Assembly (NCBI GenBank): GCA_033763455.1
Contig: JANRKO010000055.1
Span: 1 to 16,173, forward strand
DNA from: Polyangiaceae bacterium
GTDB taxonomy: Bacteria; Myxococcota_A; Polyangia; Polyangiales; Polyangiaceae
Direction of reading: 5' to 3'
DNA length: 16,173 bases
The notes beneath the pieces are model-generated. The model did no database searches, had not been told where the DNA came from, and was given only the letters and a program-made list of their open reading frames with translations. This document shows, one piece after another, positions 7,035 to 15,831 of this stretch (its first letter is position 1; every line of letters starts with the position of its first letter). Both the position numbers and the translations under genes were made by a program.

Positions 7035-7058
7035 AATGGTCGCTTATTTGAATCTTCG
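7035..7058 (+). repeat. 24-bp direct repeat, copy 2, overlapping the last codons and stop of the ATP-grasp-like gene
   Basis: Identical to 808-831. On the minus strand it encodes R-R-F-K-TAA plus 9 nt. Confidence 0.95.
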
Positions 7059-8318
7059 AGATTTTTCCGTGAATACGCTAGCAAATCCCCCGCCGGCAGT
7101 GCGAAAATTTGTCGTTTGTCCCTCATACAAACGAGCAGCCATCAGTTGCACCTGTCCGTCGTAAACGTAGGCGCGAAGATCCAACTTAAGCGCGATCCGC
7201 TCTCCTGCGCGAATGATCGTGCGCTCAGTTGGCCGCACAATTTCCTGGGCTACGTACTCTCGACCAGTCATTCCGGCCCACGTTGATGTTGTTAGCTTGT
7301 CGCCCCTGTAGGCCGCTTTGCCTGCGTAGCCGGCTACAGGTTTGAAGAAATACTTCTTTCGCTCCTTCCACATTGCGTCGCGGTTTTGCGACGTTAACTC
7401 CAACGTGCGAGGTACGCTCGACAAAAGTACTGCGATGGTAGCGGCGTCGACGCCGAGATCGGCTAGCCGCTCCGGATCCGAAAGTGCCACTAAGTTTCGC
7501 TTGTCCGCATACAGCGCGTGCCCCCGCGGACTGGGTGTGACGACGACTGCCCCCTGCTCATAGGCTGCGCCGAGCGCGCGGTGCTCTTGAGCCTCAAAGT
7601 AAAAGTCGGTGAGGCGATTGTAAACCAGGTCGATGATGCGCCCTCCGGCTGAGAGCGCTCCACCCTCGAAGGTGAGAGTGCTTCCGCTGACGATGAGCGC
7701 TTCTAGCCCCGCCGCACGGAACATCTGTTGAAACAGAAGGAACTCGGGATGGAGATATTGCGCTTCCGGATCGTCGTCGACGATAGCAACCGTGCACAGC
7801 GGCTTGTCGCCGCGCTGCAACGCGTACTCCCGGCGGAACATTGAGACAAACGCGTCCTCCAGTGAATCGAACGGTTGATCGGTGCACGTCAGAGGGGCCA
7901 TTTCGGGACAGCACGCCTTCTGTGCCTGCCCGAGAATAGCGTTGAGCAACGCACCTCCGGCGTTGGTGTTGATCTCGATGAGCTTCGGGCCATCGCTGCC
8001 GAGATGAAAGTCGTACCCATAGAAGACTCCGAGCGGTCCGAAGGAATGCGTAGCACTGTGAGGCGCTCGTGCGAGGGCGGCCGCTACGTAGGAAGGCTTC
8101 GCGATGGTGCGTTCGATTGCCGAAACGGTTGTGACAATCGCATCCGCGTTGGCGCGTGACAGAAAGACTGGAACAGATGAGAAGAGATGCGGCTGCTTGG
8201 CGAGGATCGAGCCGTAAAGGCCATCGACGCCCCCTCGCGTCAGGAGAGCTTCGAGAGCTTGTTGATCGACGGTGAGGCAAGCACAGTCGCGGTTCAGGAA
8301 GTCTACGTTGGGCGGCAT
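7044..8318 (-). CDS. ATP-grasp-like ligase-fold protein (circularly permuted/glutathione synthase-like superfamily), function unknown
   Basis: Motifs 'GYDFHL...GPKLIEINTNAGG', 'DLVYNR', 'FFKPVAGYAGK', 'YVAQE', 'DLRAY' and 'TTNF..GGG'. The start is uncertain: ATG 8318 is preferred, but the ORF is open to 8399. Confidence 0.75.
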   Translation of the reverse strand: MPPNVDFLNRDCACLTVDQQALEALLTRGGVDGLYGSILAKQPHLFSSVPVFLSRANADAIVTTVSAIERTIAKPSYVAAALARAPHSATHSFGPLGVFYGYDFHLGSDGPKLIEINTNAGGALLNAILGQAQKACCPEMAPLTCTDQPFDSLEDAFVSMFRREYALQRGDKPLCTVAIVDDDPEAQYLHPEFLLFQQMFRAAGLEALIVSGSTLTFEGGALSAGGRIIDLVYNRLTDFYFEAQEHRALGAAYEQGAVVVTPSPRGHALYADKRNLVALSDPERLADLGVDAATIAVLLSSVPRTLELTSQNRDAMWKERKKYFFKPVAGYAGKAAYRGDKLTTSTWAGMTGREYVAQEIVRPTERTIIRAGERIALKLDLRAYVYDGQVQLMAARLYEGQTTNFRTAGGGFASVFTEKSRRFK

Positions 8319-8515
8319 GGCGGCGCGAGCCAACGCTACCACGAGGCGAGCCATGAGAAATCCAGAGATTGCCATCTGAAAATGAAAGGTACCGGCCACG
8401 CTTCAAGGACCCGACGCCATGCGTTCGCTGACGCTTACCCAGATGCCTCCGGCAACCTTGAGGTAGAGCTTGGAAGCGGGTACTACCGTTCTATGGAGCT
8501 ATGGAGACGAAGACT

Positions 8516-9175
8516 ATGAAAATATTCTGCGCGGTGTGTGTGGGAATATTAGGGTCGCAGCTTGTGGCGTGTGCCTCGGGCCAAAAGCCTGACCCGAACG
8601 CACCGAACCCCTCCGCACCGAAAAGCGAGCGAGCCACTGCCCAACGAGCTGTGCTTCCCGCGGAGCTAGCAGCCTATGAGCGGGCGCGTCCCGTATTCGA
8701 GCGTTACTGCGGCGACTGTCACTCGGCCGACGGAACTCGGTCACAAGCCTCCGCGCTCAACCACTTCAGCATGGACACCTACCCGTTTGGAGGTCACCAC
8801 GCTGAGGAGATGGCCGGCACCATCCGCCGAGTGCTCGGAGCCGACGGGGGCAAAGCGACCATGCCTCCAGATCACCCGGGTGCAGTTGAAGGAGACGAGT
8901 TAAAGCTCATCTTGGACTGGGCTGCCGCATCCGCCGCCCCCTCTACCGCGTCACCGCCGGGCCAGCCTCTTCAATCGTGCAAAGAAATGGCCAGCGCCTG
9001 TCATGCGCGCGATAAGGAGAGCGCTACCGCACATGAGTGCCACATCTTCTTTCATTCCAGCGAGAATACCGAGGAACAATGTCAAGCGAAGCGGGCGGAG
9101 TGTGCGAAGGCCTGCGGTTTGGATGCTCCTTCGGTCTCACATCCCCCCTCCGGAGGGTCCCCGGACGCACACTAG
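8516..9175 (+). CDS. Lipoprotein with a c-type heme-binding motif and a C-terminal Cys/His-rich domain
   Basis: GGAG lies 9 nt before ATG 8516 (alternative start 8501). Lipobox LVA-C, CGDCH at 8708-8722, downstream 'MPP' (candidate axial Met) and 'ILDW'. The stop overlaps the convergent FNT stop (CTAG 9172-9175). Confidence 0.75.
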   Translation: MKIFCAVCVGILGSQLVACASGQKPDPNAPNPSAPKSERATAQRAVLPAELAAYERARPVFERYCGDCHSADGTRSQASALNHFSMDTYPFGGHHAEEMAGTIRRVLGADGGKATMPPDHPGAVEGDELKLILDWAAASAAPSTASPPGQPLQSCKEMASACHARDKESATAHECHIFFHSSENTEEQCQAKRAECAKACGLDAPSVSHPPSGGSPDAH

Positions 9176-10023
9176 TATTTGCGTAAGTAAACGAACCAGT
9201 AAACCAAGCCGACCAATACCGCGCCGCCGAGCACGTTGCCGAGCGTGACGGGGAGCAGATTATCGAGCAGAAAGCCTCGCCACGTGAGGTGTGGGTACGC
9301 TGCCGGGGTTGTGCCGAGCGCGCTCCAAAACGTTTGGGGGGCGAAGTGCTTGATGAAGAGCGCGAGTGGGAAAAAGTACATATTGGCAATGCTGTGCTCG
9401 AATCCCGCAGCCACGAAGGCTGTTACGGGTGGAACGACAGCAACAATGCGATCGACCGTGGAGCGAGCGCTGAACGAGAGCCAGACGGCCAGGCAAACCA
9501 GCGCGTTACACAGGACGCCCAAAAGGGCGAGCTCCACGAACGAGTGCTGCAGTTTGGAACTCGCGATCGCAAGCGCCATCGCACCCACGGAGCCCCCCGC
9601 CGCTGCATATTGTGAAGTGGCGAAGCAAAGCAGAGCCGTGGCGAACGCCCCGACGAAATTGCCGAAATACACGATGCCCCAGCTCCGCAGCACGCTCTTG
9701 GCAGCGACCTTGCGGGCGCACCACGCCATGACAAGCAGGCTATTACCCGTGAACAGCTCAGCTCCACCTACGACGACCAAGATCAACCCTAAGGAGAAAG
9801 CGCCACCGGCGAACAAGCGCGACGCCCCGAACGGCCAACTCGCGCTCGTGCCGGTCAGCGCAATCGTCGAGAGCATAGCGCCGAGCCCGATGAACGCGCC
9901 TGCCAGCACGGCTAGCGCCAGCATGGTGTCGGCCGGCAGCGCGGCTTTGCGTACCCCCACTTCCTCGGCGCGGCGAGCCATTTCCGGCGGAAGAAGCGCG
10001 TCGATCTGACTCTCAGTCGGCAC
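9172..10023 (-). CDS. focA: Formate/nitrite transporter (FocA-like)
   Basis: FNT signatures [43 protein letters not shown] and [11 protein letters not shown] start at 10023 with GGAG 7 nt upstream, overlapping the FDH stop. Confidence 0.92.
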   Translation of the reverse strand: MPTESQIDALLPPEMARRAEEVGVRKAALPADTMLALAVLAGAFIGLGAMLSTIALTGTSASWPFGASRLFAGGAFSLGLILVVVGGAELFTGNSLLVMAWCARKVAAKSVLRSWGIVYFGNFVGAFATALLCFATSQYAAAGGSVGAMALAIASSKLQHSFVELALLGVLCNALVCLAVWLSFSARSTVDRIVAVVPPVTAFVAAGFEHSIANMYFFPLALFIKHFAPQTFWSALGTTPAAYPHLTWRGFLLDNLLPVTLGNVLGGAVLVGLVYWFVYLRKY

Positions 10024-12625
10024 GTCGGATCTCCACGGGCGTGAGCTTGTACTCGGGGCAATCGGCGAGCCGATCGACGACATCGGAAGTCACGTTGTTG
10101 GCTCCGCTTTCTGGAAAGTGAAACGTCATGAACAAAGTCCCAGGCGCGACCTCGTCGGAAATATCGGCAGTGCCCAGGGCCTCGCCAAAGGCACTTTTGA
10201 CCTGCACTCGGTCACCTTCTTGAATGCCGTAACGAGCGGCGTCTTCTGCGTGGAGCTGCACGCGATCTTCGGGCAAAAGCTCGCGATTTTTGCTACGCCG
10301 AGTCATCGATCCGCTGTTGTAGTGCTCCAAGGCTCGCCCCGTGACCAAGAGAAGCTTCGACGCGGATCCGGAAAGGGATGGAGAGGGCACGTACTCGACG
10401 CGCATCAACTTCGCGCGTCCCTGGGGGAAGGTGTCGCGGTGCAGAATGGGGGTGCCCGGATGGGTGAGGCTCGGGACAGGCCATTGCAGGCCTTCGTGAT
10501 CGAGGCGAGCGTACGCGACGCCAGCATACTGGGGAGCCAGCGCGGCAATCTCATCCATGATTTCTGATGGATGCTGGAAAGTTTGCGGGTAGCCGGTGGC
10601 TGCCATCAGCTCACACAGGATCTGCCAGTCTGCGCGCGCTTCGCCCGGCGGCTCCAGGGCCTTACGCACACGCTGGATCCGACGTTCACCGTTGGTGAAT
10701 GTGCCGTCTTTCTCCAGGAAGCTCGCGCCGGGCAGCACTACATGAGCCAGCTTGGCAGTCTCCGACAAGAAGATCTCCTGAACGACCAGTAGCTCAAGCG
10801 ACGCCAAGTCGGCTCGAACGCGATTTGCATCGGGATCGGTCTGGACCACATCTTCGCCCAAGATGAACATGCCCGCGATGCTGCCCTCGCGAATTCCCTG
10901 GTAGATCTTGGGCAAGGTGCGGCCGTGTCGCTCAGGGAGGGGGCGCCCCCAAACGCGCGTGAAGCGCTCAATCACTGCAGGATCGTTGGGATCCGAGTAA
11001 CCGGTAAGTAGATCGGGCAGGCACCCCATGTCCGCCGCGCCCTGCACGTTGTTCTGACCTCGAAGCGGATTCACGCCCACACCTTCGCGCCCGATCGCGC
11101 CGACCAGTAGTGCCAGATTGCACAGCAGCATGACGCCTTCGCTGCCCTGATAGTGCTCCGTCATGCCTAGCCCGTGTACCTGCATGGGGCGCAGCGCCTT
11201 GCCGTACAGCCGCGCGGCTTTGCGGACGAGCGCGGCCGGAATGCCCGTCAGCCCCTCCGTGAGCTCGGGCCGCTGAGTCACGACGAACTTCGCGTAGTCC
11301 CGGAAGCCTTCTGTCCGCTCGGCGAGGAAGCGATGATCGAGCAAATCTTCTTCGACCAGCACGGCCGCGAGCGCATTGAAAAGCAGCACGTTTGATCCTG
11401 GGCGAAGCTGCAAATGCACGTCCGCGAGCTGGGCCAGTTCAGTACGCCGCGGGTCAACAACCAGTAGCTTGGCGCCTGCAAGCACTGCCTGTTTGATACG
11501 AGCGCCCGTCACCGGGTGGCTGACGGTCGTGTTCGAACCACACACCAGGAACAGATCCGCCTTTTCGATGTCGGCGAGCGAATTGGTGGCGGCGCCAGTA
11601 CCAAGCGATCGACGCATTCCCGCCGCGCTGGGCGCGTGACACACACGGGCACAGCAGTCGACATCGTGGCTGCCCAGCCCAGCCCGGAACCACTTCTGAA
11701 CTAGGTAATTCTCCTCGTTGGTGCAGCGGCTGGAAGACAGTGCGGCCACCCGCCCGCTGAGCCGAACAAGCTCCTGCGCAACGAACACTATGGCTTCTTG
11801 CCAGCTTACGGGAGTGAGCGTTCCGTCCTTGCGCAAGAGCGGAGTGGTGAGCCGATCGGGGTGGCGCGCAAAGCCGTGCGCATAGCGGCCCTTCACGCAG
11901 AGATGCTGACGGTTTACGGGCGACTCGGCGCCCTCGATGAACACGACGTCGTCGGCCGCGACGTGAAGCATAAGTTGGCAACCGACTCCGCAGTACGAGC
12001 ACGTGCTCTGCACGATCCGCTCTTCGGCCTGCATCTCCGCGCGCTGCCGGTCCACGTCCGAGATGGCGCCGCTCGGACAGACCGCTGCGCAGGCGCCACA
12101 TGAAACGCAATCACTGCTAGCGAACGGCTGCTGCCCCCAATCGATGTGGGTCTTTGCAGCGCGGCCCAATGATGCAAACACGAACTGGCCCTGCACATCC
12201 GCACAAGCGCGCTCGCACAGGCGGCACGTGATGCAGCGCTGCATATTCAGGCGCAAGTACGGGTGAGTCGCATCGCTCTTGTGTGCTCTTTCGAGCTTAT
12301 CGTAGCGGTCACCCACGGCGCCGAGTGATGTGAGCGTTTCCCTCACGCGCCCTTCCGGGCTCGCTTCCGCCAGCATCAGCTCGGCGAGATCGCGCCGGTA
12401 CTCCTCGAGTCGCTCGCTGCGTGTGTTGACGTGTTGCCCGTCACGTGCGCGCGTCGTGCACGCTGGCACCACGCGACCGTCAAGCTCGACTAAACATGCC
12501 CGGCAGTGCGCGCCAGCTCCGAGCCGCTGATCATGGCAAAAGGCCGGAACGTCAGCACCGACGCGGCGACAGGCTTCGAGCAAACTGCCGTCAGCGCTCG
12601 TTGCTTGCCCGTTGATCTCGATCAT
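10013..12625 (-). CDS. fdhF: Formate dehydrogenase alpha subunit (Mo/W-bis-MGD, Cys-ligated, FdhF/FdsA type)
   Basis: N-terminal 2Fe-2S (C..CRAC..C), two 4Fe-4S motifs (CITCRLCERAC, CVSCGACAAVC), CSYCGVGC, active-site CARVCH, RGQNNVQG and EKDGTFTNGERR. The ATG at 12625 forms an ATGA overlap with the upstream gene and has a GAGGAG RBS. Confidence 0.95.
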   Translation of the reverse strand: MIEINGQATSADGSLLEACRRVGADVPAFCHDQRLGAGAHCRACLVELDGRVVPACTTRARDGQHVNTRSERLEEYRRDLAELMLAEASPEGRVRETLTSLGAVGDRYDKLERAHKSDATHPYLRLNMQRCITCRLCERACADVQGQFVFASLGRAAKTHIDWGQQPFASSDCVSCGACAAVCPSGAISDVDRQRAEMQAEERIVQSTCSYCGVGCQLMLHVAADDVVFIEGAESPVNRQHLCVKGRYAHGFARHPDRLTTPLLRKDGTLTPVSWQEAIVFVAQELVRLSGRVAALSSSRCTNEENYLVQKWFRAGLGSHDVDCCARVCHAPSAAGMRRSLGTGAATNSLADIEKADLFLVCGSNTTVSHPVTGARIKQAVLAGAKLLVVDPRRTELAQLADVHLQLRPGSNVLLFNALAAVLVEEDLLDHRFLAERTEGFRDYAKFVVTQRPELTEGLTGIPAALVRKAARLYGKALRPMQVHGLGMTEHYQGSEGVMLLCNLALLVGAIGREGVGVNPLRGQNNVQGAADMGCLPDLLTGYSDPNDPAVIERFTRVWGRPLPERHGRTLPKIYQGIREGSIAGMFILGEDVVQTDPDANRVRADLASLELLVVQEIFLSETAKLAHVVLPGASFLEKDGTFTNGERRIQRVRKALEPPGEARADWQILCELMAATGYPQTFQHPSEIMDEIAALAPQYAGVAYARLDHEGLQWPVPSLTHPGTPILHRDTFPQGRAKLMRVEYVPSPSLSGSASKLLLVTGRALEHYNSGSMTRRSKNRELLPEDRVQLHAEDAARYGIQEGDRVQVKSAFGEALGTADISDEVAPGTLFMTFHFPESGANNVTSDVVDRLADCPEYKLTPVEIRRAD

Positions 12626-14031
12626 CGGAACAACTCCTCGGGGAAGTCTCGCAAAAGGTCGCGGATCGGTCGAGGCACCCCCTGGCCAAAGCCGCACAGA
12701 CTTCCTAGCTCTAGCGTCGTCAGCAGGCGCTCAAGTGACGCCGTGTTTTTCTGCGCAGCAAGCTGCGCCGTGCCGATGCGACAAGGGGCGCAATTGCCGC
12801 ACGACTCGCTCGCCGCAAACTCAAACAAATGCGAGGCCAGCTCACGCGCCGAAACCCTGTCGTCGAACACGTGAACGCCAGCGTGCCCCATGCCAGGCAG
12901 TGCCTCGAACGATAATGGGGTGGTGAAGGCCGCCGCATTGAGCACCCGCCCCATGGGGCCCCCGACGAGCGCCATCTTCCAGCGCCTTCCCGCCACGGCC
13001 CCACCGCACGCGCGCTCAAGTACCTCCAAAAGCGGTGTCCCCAGCGCAACTTCGACCGCGCCAGGTCGACTCACGGCGCCGGTCACGCAAACCACCTTGG
13101 TGTCAGCGCGCTTGCCGCGCTCCACCACCCACGGCACTACCGCCAAGGTCTCGACGTTTTGCACCACGGTGGGGAGGCCCTCCAAGCCGCACTCCGCCGG
13201 AAAAGGTGGTTTCGGCGAAGGCTCGGCGCGGGATCCCTCAATAGCACGAAGCAGCGCCGTCTCCTCGCCGGCCACGTACGAGCCCGCGCCGCTCACAACG
13301 CGCACCTGAAAGTCCCCCAAAAATCCCTCGCTCTTGGCCCACTCGATCGCGTCTCGCATCACCGCCTGAGCGCGTGGATACTCTCGACGGATAAACACGA
13401 CGCCGCGCCGCGATCCAATCGCGCGCGCGCAAGCCAGCATACCAGCCAACACCGCGTGCGGATCCTCTTCGAGCAAGAGCCTATCGACGAACGAGCCGGG
13501 ATCACCTTCGTCACCGTTAGCGACCACATACCGATCGGGCGCCGGGGTATCTCGAGCCGTGCGCCACTTAACGCCGGTTGGGAATCCGGCGCCTCCGCGG
13601 CCGCGTAGCCCTGAGGCAATGACGGCATCGAGGATGCTGGCCGCATCAGGCAACGCCGTATACTCAGTTGCGGGATCAGGCTGTGCGCCATTAACCAGGT
13701 GACGGAGAATGACGGGCTCATCGACCAAGCTGGTGCGTGGGATGGGGCCACCTCGCTCCGAGCTCGTTGCGGGTGCTTCGTAACAGCGACCTAAGCAATG
13801 CACCGAGGCACCCTCGGGCGTGGCTCCCCGTGCGAAGCGACAGGCGGTACCGGTGCAGACGCGCTCGGTCGCGTCATCGGCGAAGTAGTCGTAGAAGCTG
13901 CTCACACCATCGAACCAGTGCTGGGGATACCCGCTCGTGGTCGACGCTTTGCGTCCATCGAGTAAGAGTTCGAGTGCGCTTTGGGGCTCGGCTTGGCCGG
14001 CCCGCCGTCGAGCCCATTGTCGAAGCTTCAT
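12622..14031 (-). CDS. NADH-binding FDH beta subunit (NuoF/FdsB-like) fused to a minimal NuoE-like 2Fe-2S domain
   Basis: NuoF motifs SGLRGRGGAGFPTGVKW, NGDEGDPG, GAGSYVAGEETAL, NVETL and ESCGNCAPCRIG...SLCGFG. N-terminal 'GVSSFY..F', CTGTAC and CLGRC are NuoE motifs. The exact start is uncertain. Confidence 0.9.
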   Translation of the reverse strand: MKLRQWARRRAGQAEPQSALELLLDGRKASTTSGYPQHWFDGVSSFYDYFADDATERVCTGTACRFARGATPEGASVHCLGRCYEAPATSSERGGPIPRTSLVDEPVILRHLVNGAQPDPATEYTALPDAASILDAVIASGLRGRGGAGFPTGVKWRTARDTPAPDRYVVANGDEGDPGSFVDRLLLEEDPHAVLAGMLACARAIGSRRGVVFIRREYPRAQAVMRDAIEWAKSEGFLGDFQVRVVSGAGSYVAGEETALLRAIEGSRAEPSPKPPFPAECGLEGLPTVVQNVETLAVVPWVVERGKRADTKVVCVTGAVSRPGAVEVALGTPLLEVLERACGGAVAGRRWKMALVGGPMGRVLNAAAFTTPLSFEALPGMGHAGVHVFDDRVSARELASHLFEFAASESCGNCAPCRIGTAQLAAQKNTASLERLLTTLELGSLCGFGQGVPRPIRDLLRDFPEELFR

Positions 14032-14146
14032 GGTTGCGTTGCAGGATGCACGATGTGGGCCAGCGCTTCCATGGGACTTCCCCCGGTGCGCTTCTCAGAT
14101 CCGGCTACGCCGCTGCGGTCATCTCGCATATGGGCGCGGCAGTATT

Positions 14147-14222
14147 CACCCTTGTGAAGGGTGGCGGATCGCAGGTCCGGGTCCCGGAGGCATAGACGTT
14201 TGGCACCTGAAGGTCAGGTGCC
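14147..14222. promoter_or_regulatory. Two inverted repeats sharing CACC-N9-GGTG geometry upstream of the FDH operon (candidate operators)
   Basis: CACCCTT-GTG-AAGGGTG (14147-14163) and GGCACCTGA-AGG-TCAGGTGCC (14202-14222) both have perfect arms. Function is inferred from position. Confidence 0.4.
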
Positions 14223-14439
14223 CAGGAAGCGCGCAGCTATTTCGCGGAATCGGGGTCGGGACGCACGTCATGCAAGTTCGTGAATTCTGACCGTTCGACT
14301 GAAAGCCCACGTCGTCGCCTGAGCTCGGCCCCAGGGTGACAGCGCGCGGGTTTTGGCGCCGGTGCGAGAGCTTGAGTCAATTCAGGGCGCGAGTACAGGA
14401 TGGGGGCCCCCGGGGCTCAATTATGTTGCGCGTGGGCAA

Positions 14440-15831
14440 CTACGCGTAGAGGAACGGGAGTGGCCCTGAAGCCTTGGTCACACCGACGGTGTTGATATCT
14501 GTAAGCCCCATGTAATGGATCATGGAGACCAAGAGCTGCGCGGCTTGCGTGCCCGCCGCCGTGCGACTCATCGCAGAAGGCCCCTGGATGTAGCGCCCGG
14601 TCTTGAAGACACCTTGGCCATTGCCAAACAGCATGGCGGGCACTGAGCGGGTTAAGTGAGGATCTGAGCTGGTCTCCGACCCGCCGAGCTCCGAGAGCCA
14701 TAGCACCACTGTCGAGTCCAAAAGAGGCTTGCCCAGCGCGTCGTTGGTGGATTTCAGCTTATCGAGCAGCGCGGCCACCTGCGTGGAATATGCGGTGGTA
14801 AAGATCCTGAGCGCGTCCATCTTGGGCTGGGAATCGTCGTTGTGAGTCCATGGGTGGTGCGCGGGACCTGAATCGCCAGAATCCACTTTGGCCGAGCTTG
14901 GCACGCCGTAGGATGCGGGAAGCCTGTTTCTGGCGGCTTGGCAGGCAAACTGGAACGCGACGACATGCGTTAACTCGCACGCGAGCGTCGCAGCGATGAG
15001 ATCATGAAAGGCTGCGCTCTGAGGTTCAAAGTGCTCTGGATTGCCCCAACCCCGCTCTGCCACTTGCTCCGGGCGGGTGCACTGGGGGCGCCCCATCTCG
15101 GGAGCCACGAAGCGCCTTTCCATGCTTCGGAGGGTTGTGCAGTGATCATCCAAGAGAGCTCGCCCTTGGCTTCCCAGTGCTACCTGCAGCGACTGACAAT
15201 CTGAGGCGACGAAGTCGAGCAAGCTTCCCTCGCCCCCAGACATGGGGGCTGTGGTGCCGAGGAACGCGAATAGCTGCCGCCAGGCCGCTGTAGGGCTCGT
15301 TTCAGGCGTGATGCTGCGCCCCGGTCCCGAGGAGAAGGCATCGCCCCCGGCCCCGCCGGATTGTTCAAGAGAGAAGTTACCCCATACGACGGAACGCACT
15401 AAGCCCGCACGCCCCTCTTTCTCAAGGCGCTTTCCGATCACTTGATCGATGGTTTCACCGTTTTGAGCGTACGAATCCCCGCCGCCCCCGCCACCGTAGC
15501 CGCTATAGCTTTGCCCACCGAGCGCATGTCCGGTCCCAGTGACCACGCCAGCGCCAGCTGGCGCCATATGCGACATAAAAATCCCCTCTGCCTTGTGACG
15601 CTCTAGCGGCTTCCACCAATCGTGCAACGTGAAGTTCGTCTCCGTGCCCGATGCGGGCCCTGTGACCTTCATCGGGCCGTTCGGCGAGAACAGTAGAATG
15701 ACGCGACGGGGTGAAAGAGGGGCCTGTGCCCGTGCGTCCAGCTGTCGCAACACCGGGCTCAGCAGAGCGAGCAGGGCGGCATTCCCTAGCAAGTTGCGGC
15801 GGGACAAGTGTCGATAAAGCGGGGATTTCAT
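14440..15831 (-). CDS. DUF1552-family protein with a Tat-type signal
   Basis: 'SRRNLL' twin-arginine leader, 'PRRVILLFSPNG', 'TIDQVI', 'LACELTHV', 'HH...H', 'LLDSTVVLW.SELG...H' and 'KTGRYI'. Confidence 0.85.
   Translation of the reverse strand: MKSPLYRHLSRRNLLGNAALLALLSPVLRQLDARAQAPLSPRRVILLFSPNGPMKVTGPASGTETNFTLHDWWKPLERHKAEGIFMSHMAPAGAGVVTGTGHALGGQSYSGYGGGGGGDSYAQNGETIDQVIGKRLEKEGRAGLVRSVVWGNFSLEQSGGAGGDAFSSGPGRSITPETSPTAAWRQLFAFLGTTAPMSGGEGSLLDFVASDCQSLQVALGSQGRALLDDHCTTLRSMERRFVAPEMGRPQCTRPEQVAERGWGNPEHFEPQSAAFHDLIAATLACELTHVVAFQFACQAARNRLPASYGVPSSAKVDSGDSGPAHHPWTHNDDSQPKMDALRIFTTAYSTQVAALLDKLKSTNDALGKPLLDSTVVLWLSELGGSETSSDPHLTRSVPAMLFGNGQGVFKTGRYIQGPSAMSRTAAGTQAAQLLVSMIHYMGLTDINTVGVTKASGPLPFLYA

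Noticed and set aside
141..7058. Integron cassette array (attC sites)
   Set aside because: I found no convincing RYYYAAC...GTTRRRY bounded hairpins after the genes, gene orientations are mixed, and the integrase fragment shows no IntI-specific features.
799..7058. CRISPR array
   Set aside because: There are only two exact copies 6.2 kb apart, with no regular spacers and no cas genes.
11620..11660. Selenocysteine in the FDH active site
   Set aside because: The motif is CARVCH with a Cys codon, and the ORF has no in-frame TGA.
14032..14439. Moco riboswitch, sigma54 promoter or FNR box upstream of the FDH operon
   Set aside because: No recognisable Moco RNA consensus. The minus-strand TTCACGAACTTGCA lacks the invariant GG at -24, and TTGAGTCAATTCAG is only a weak FNR-like match.
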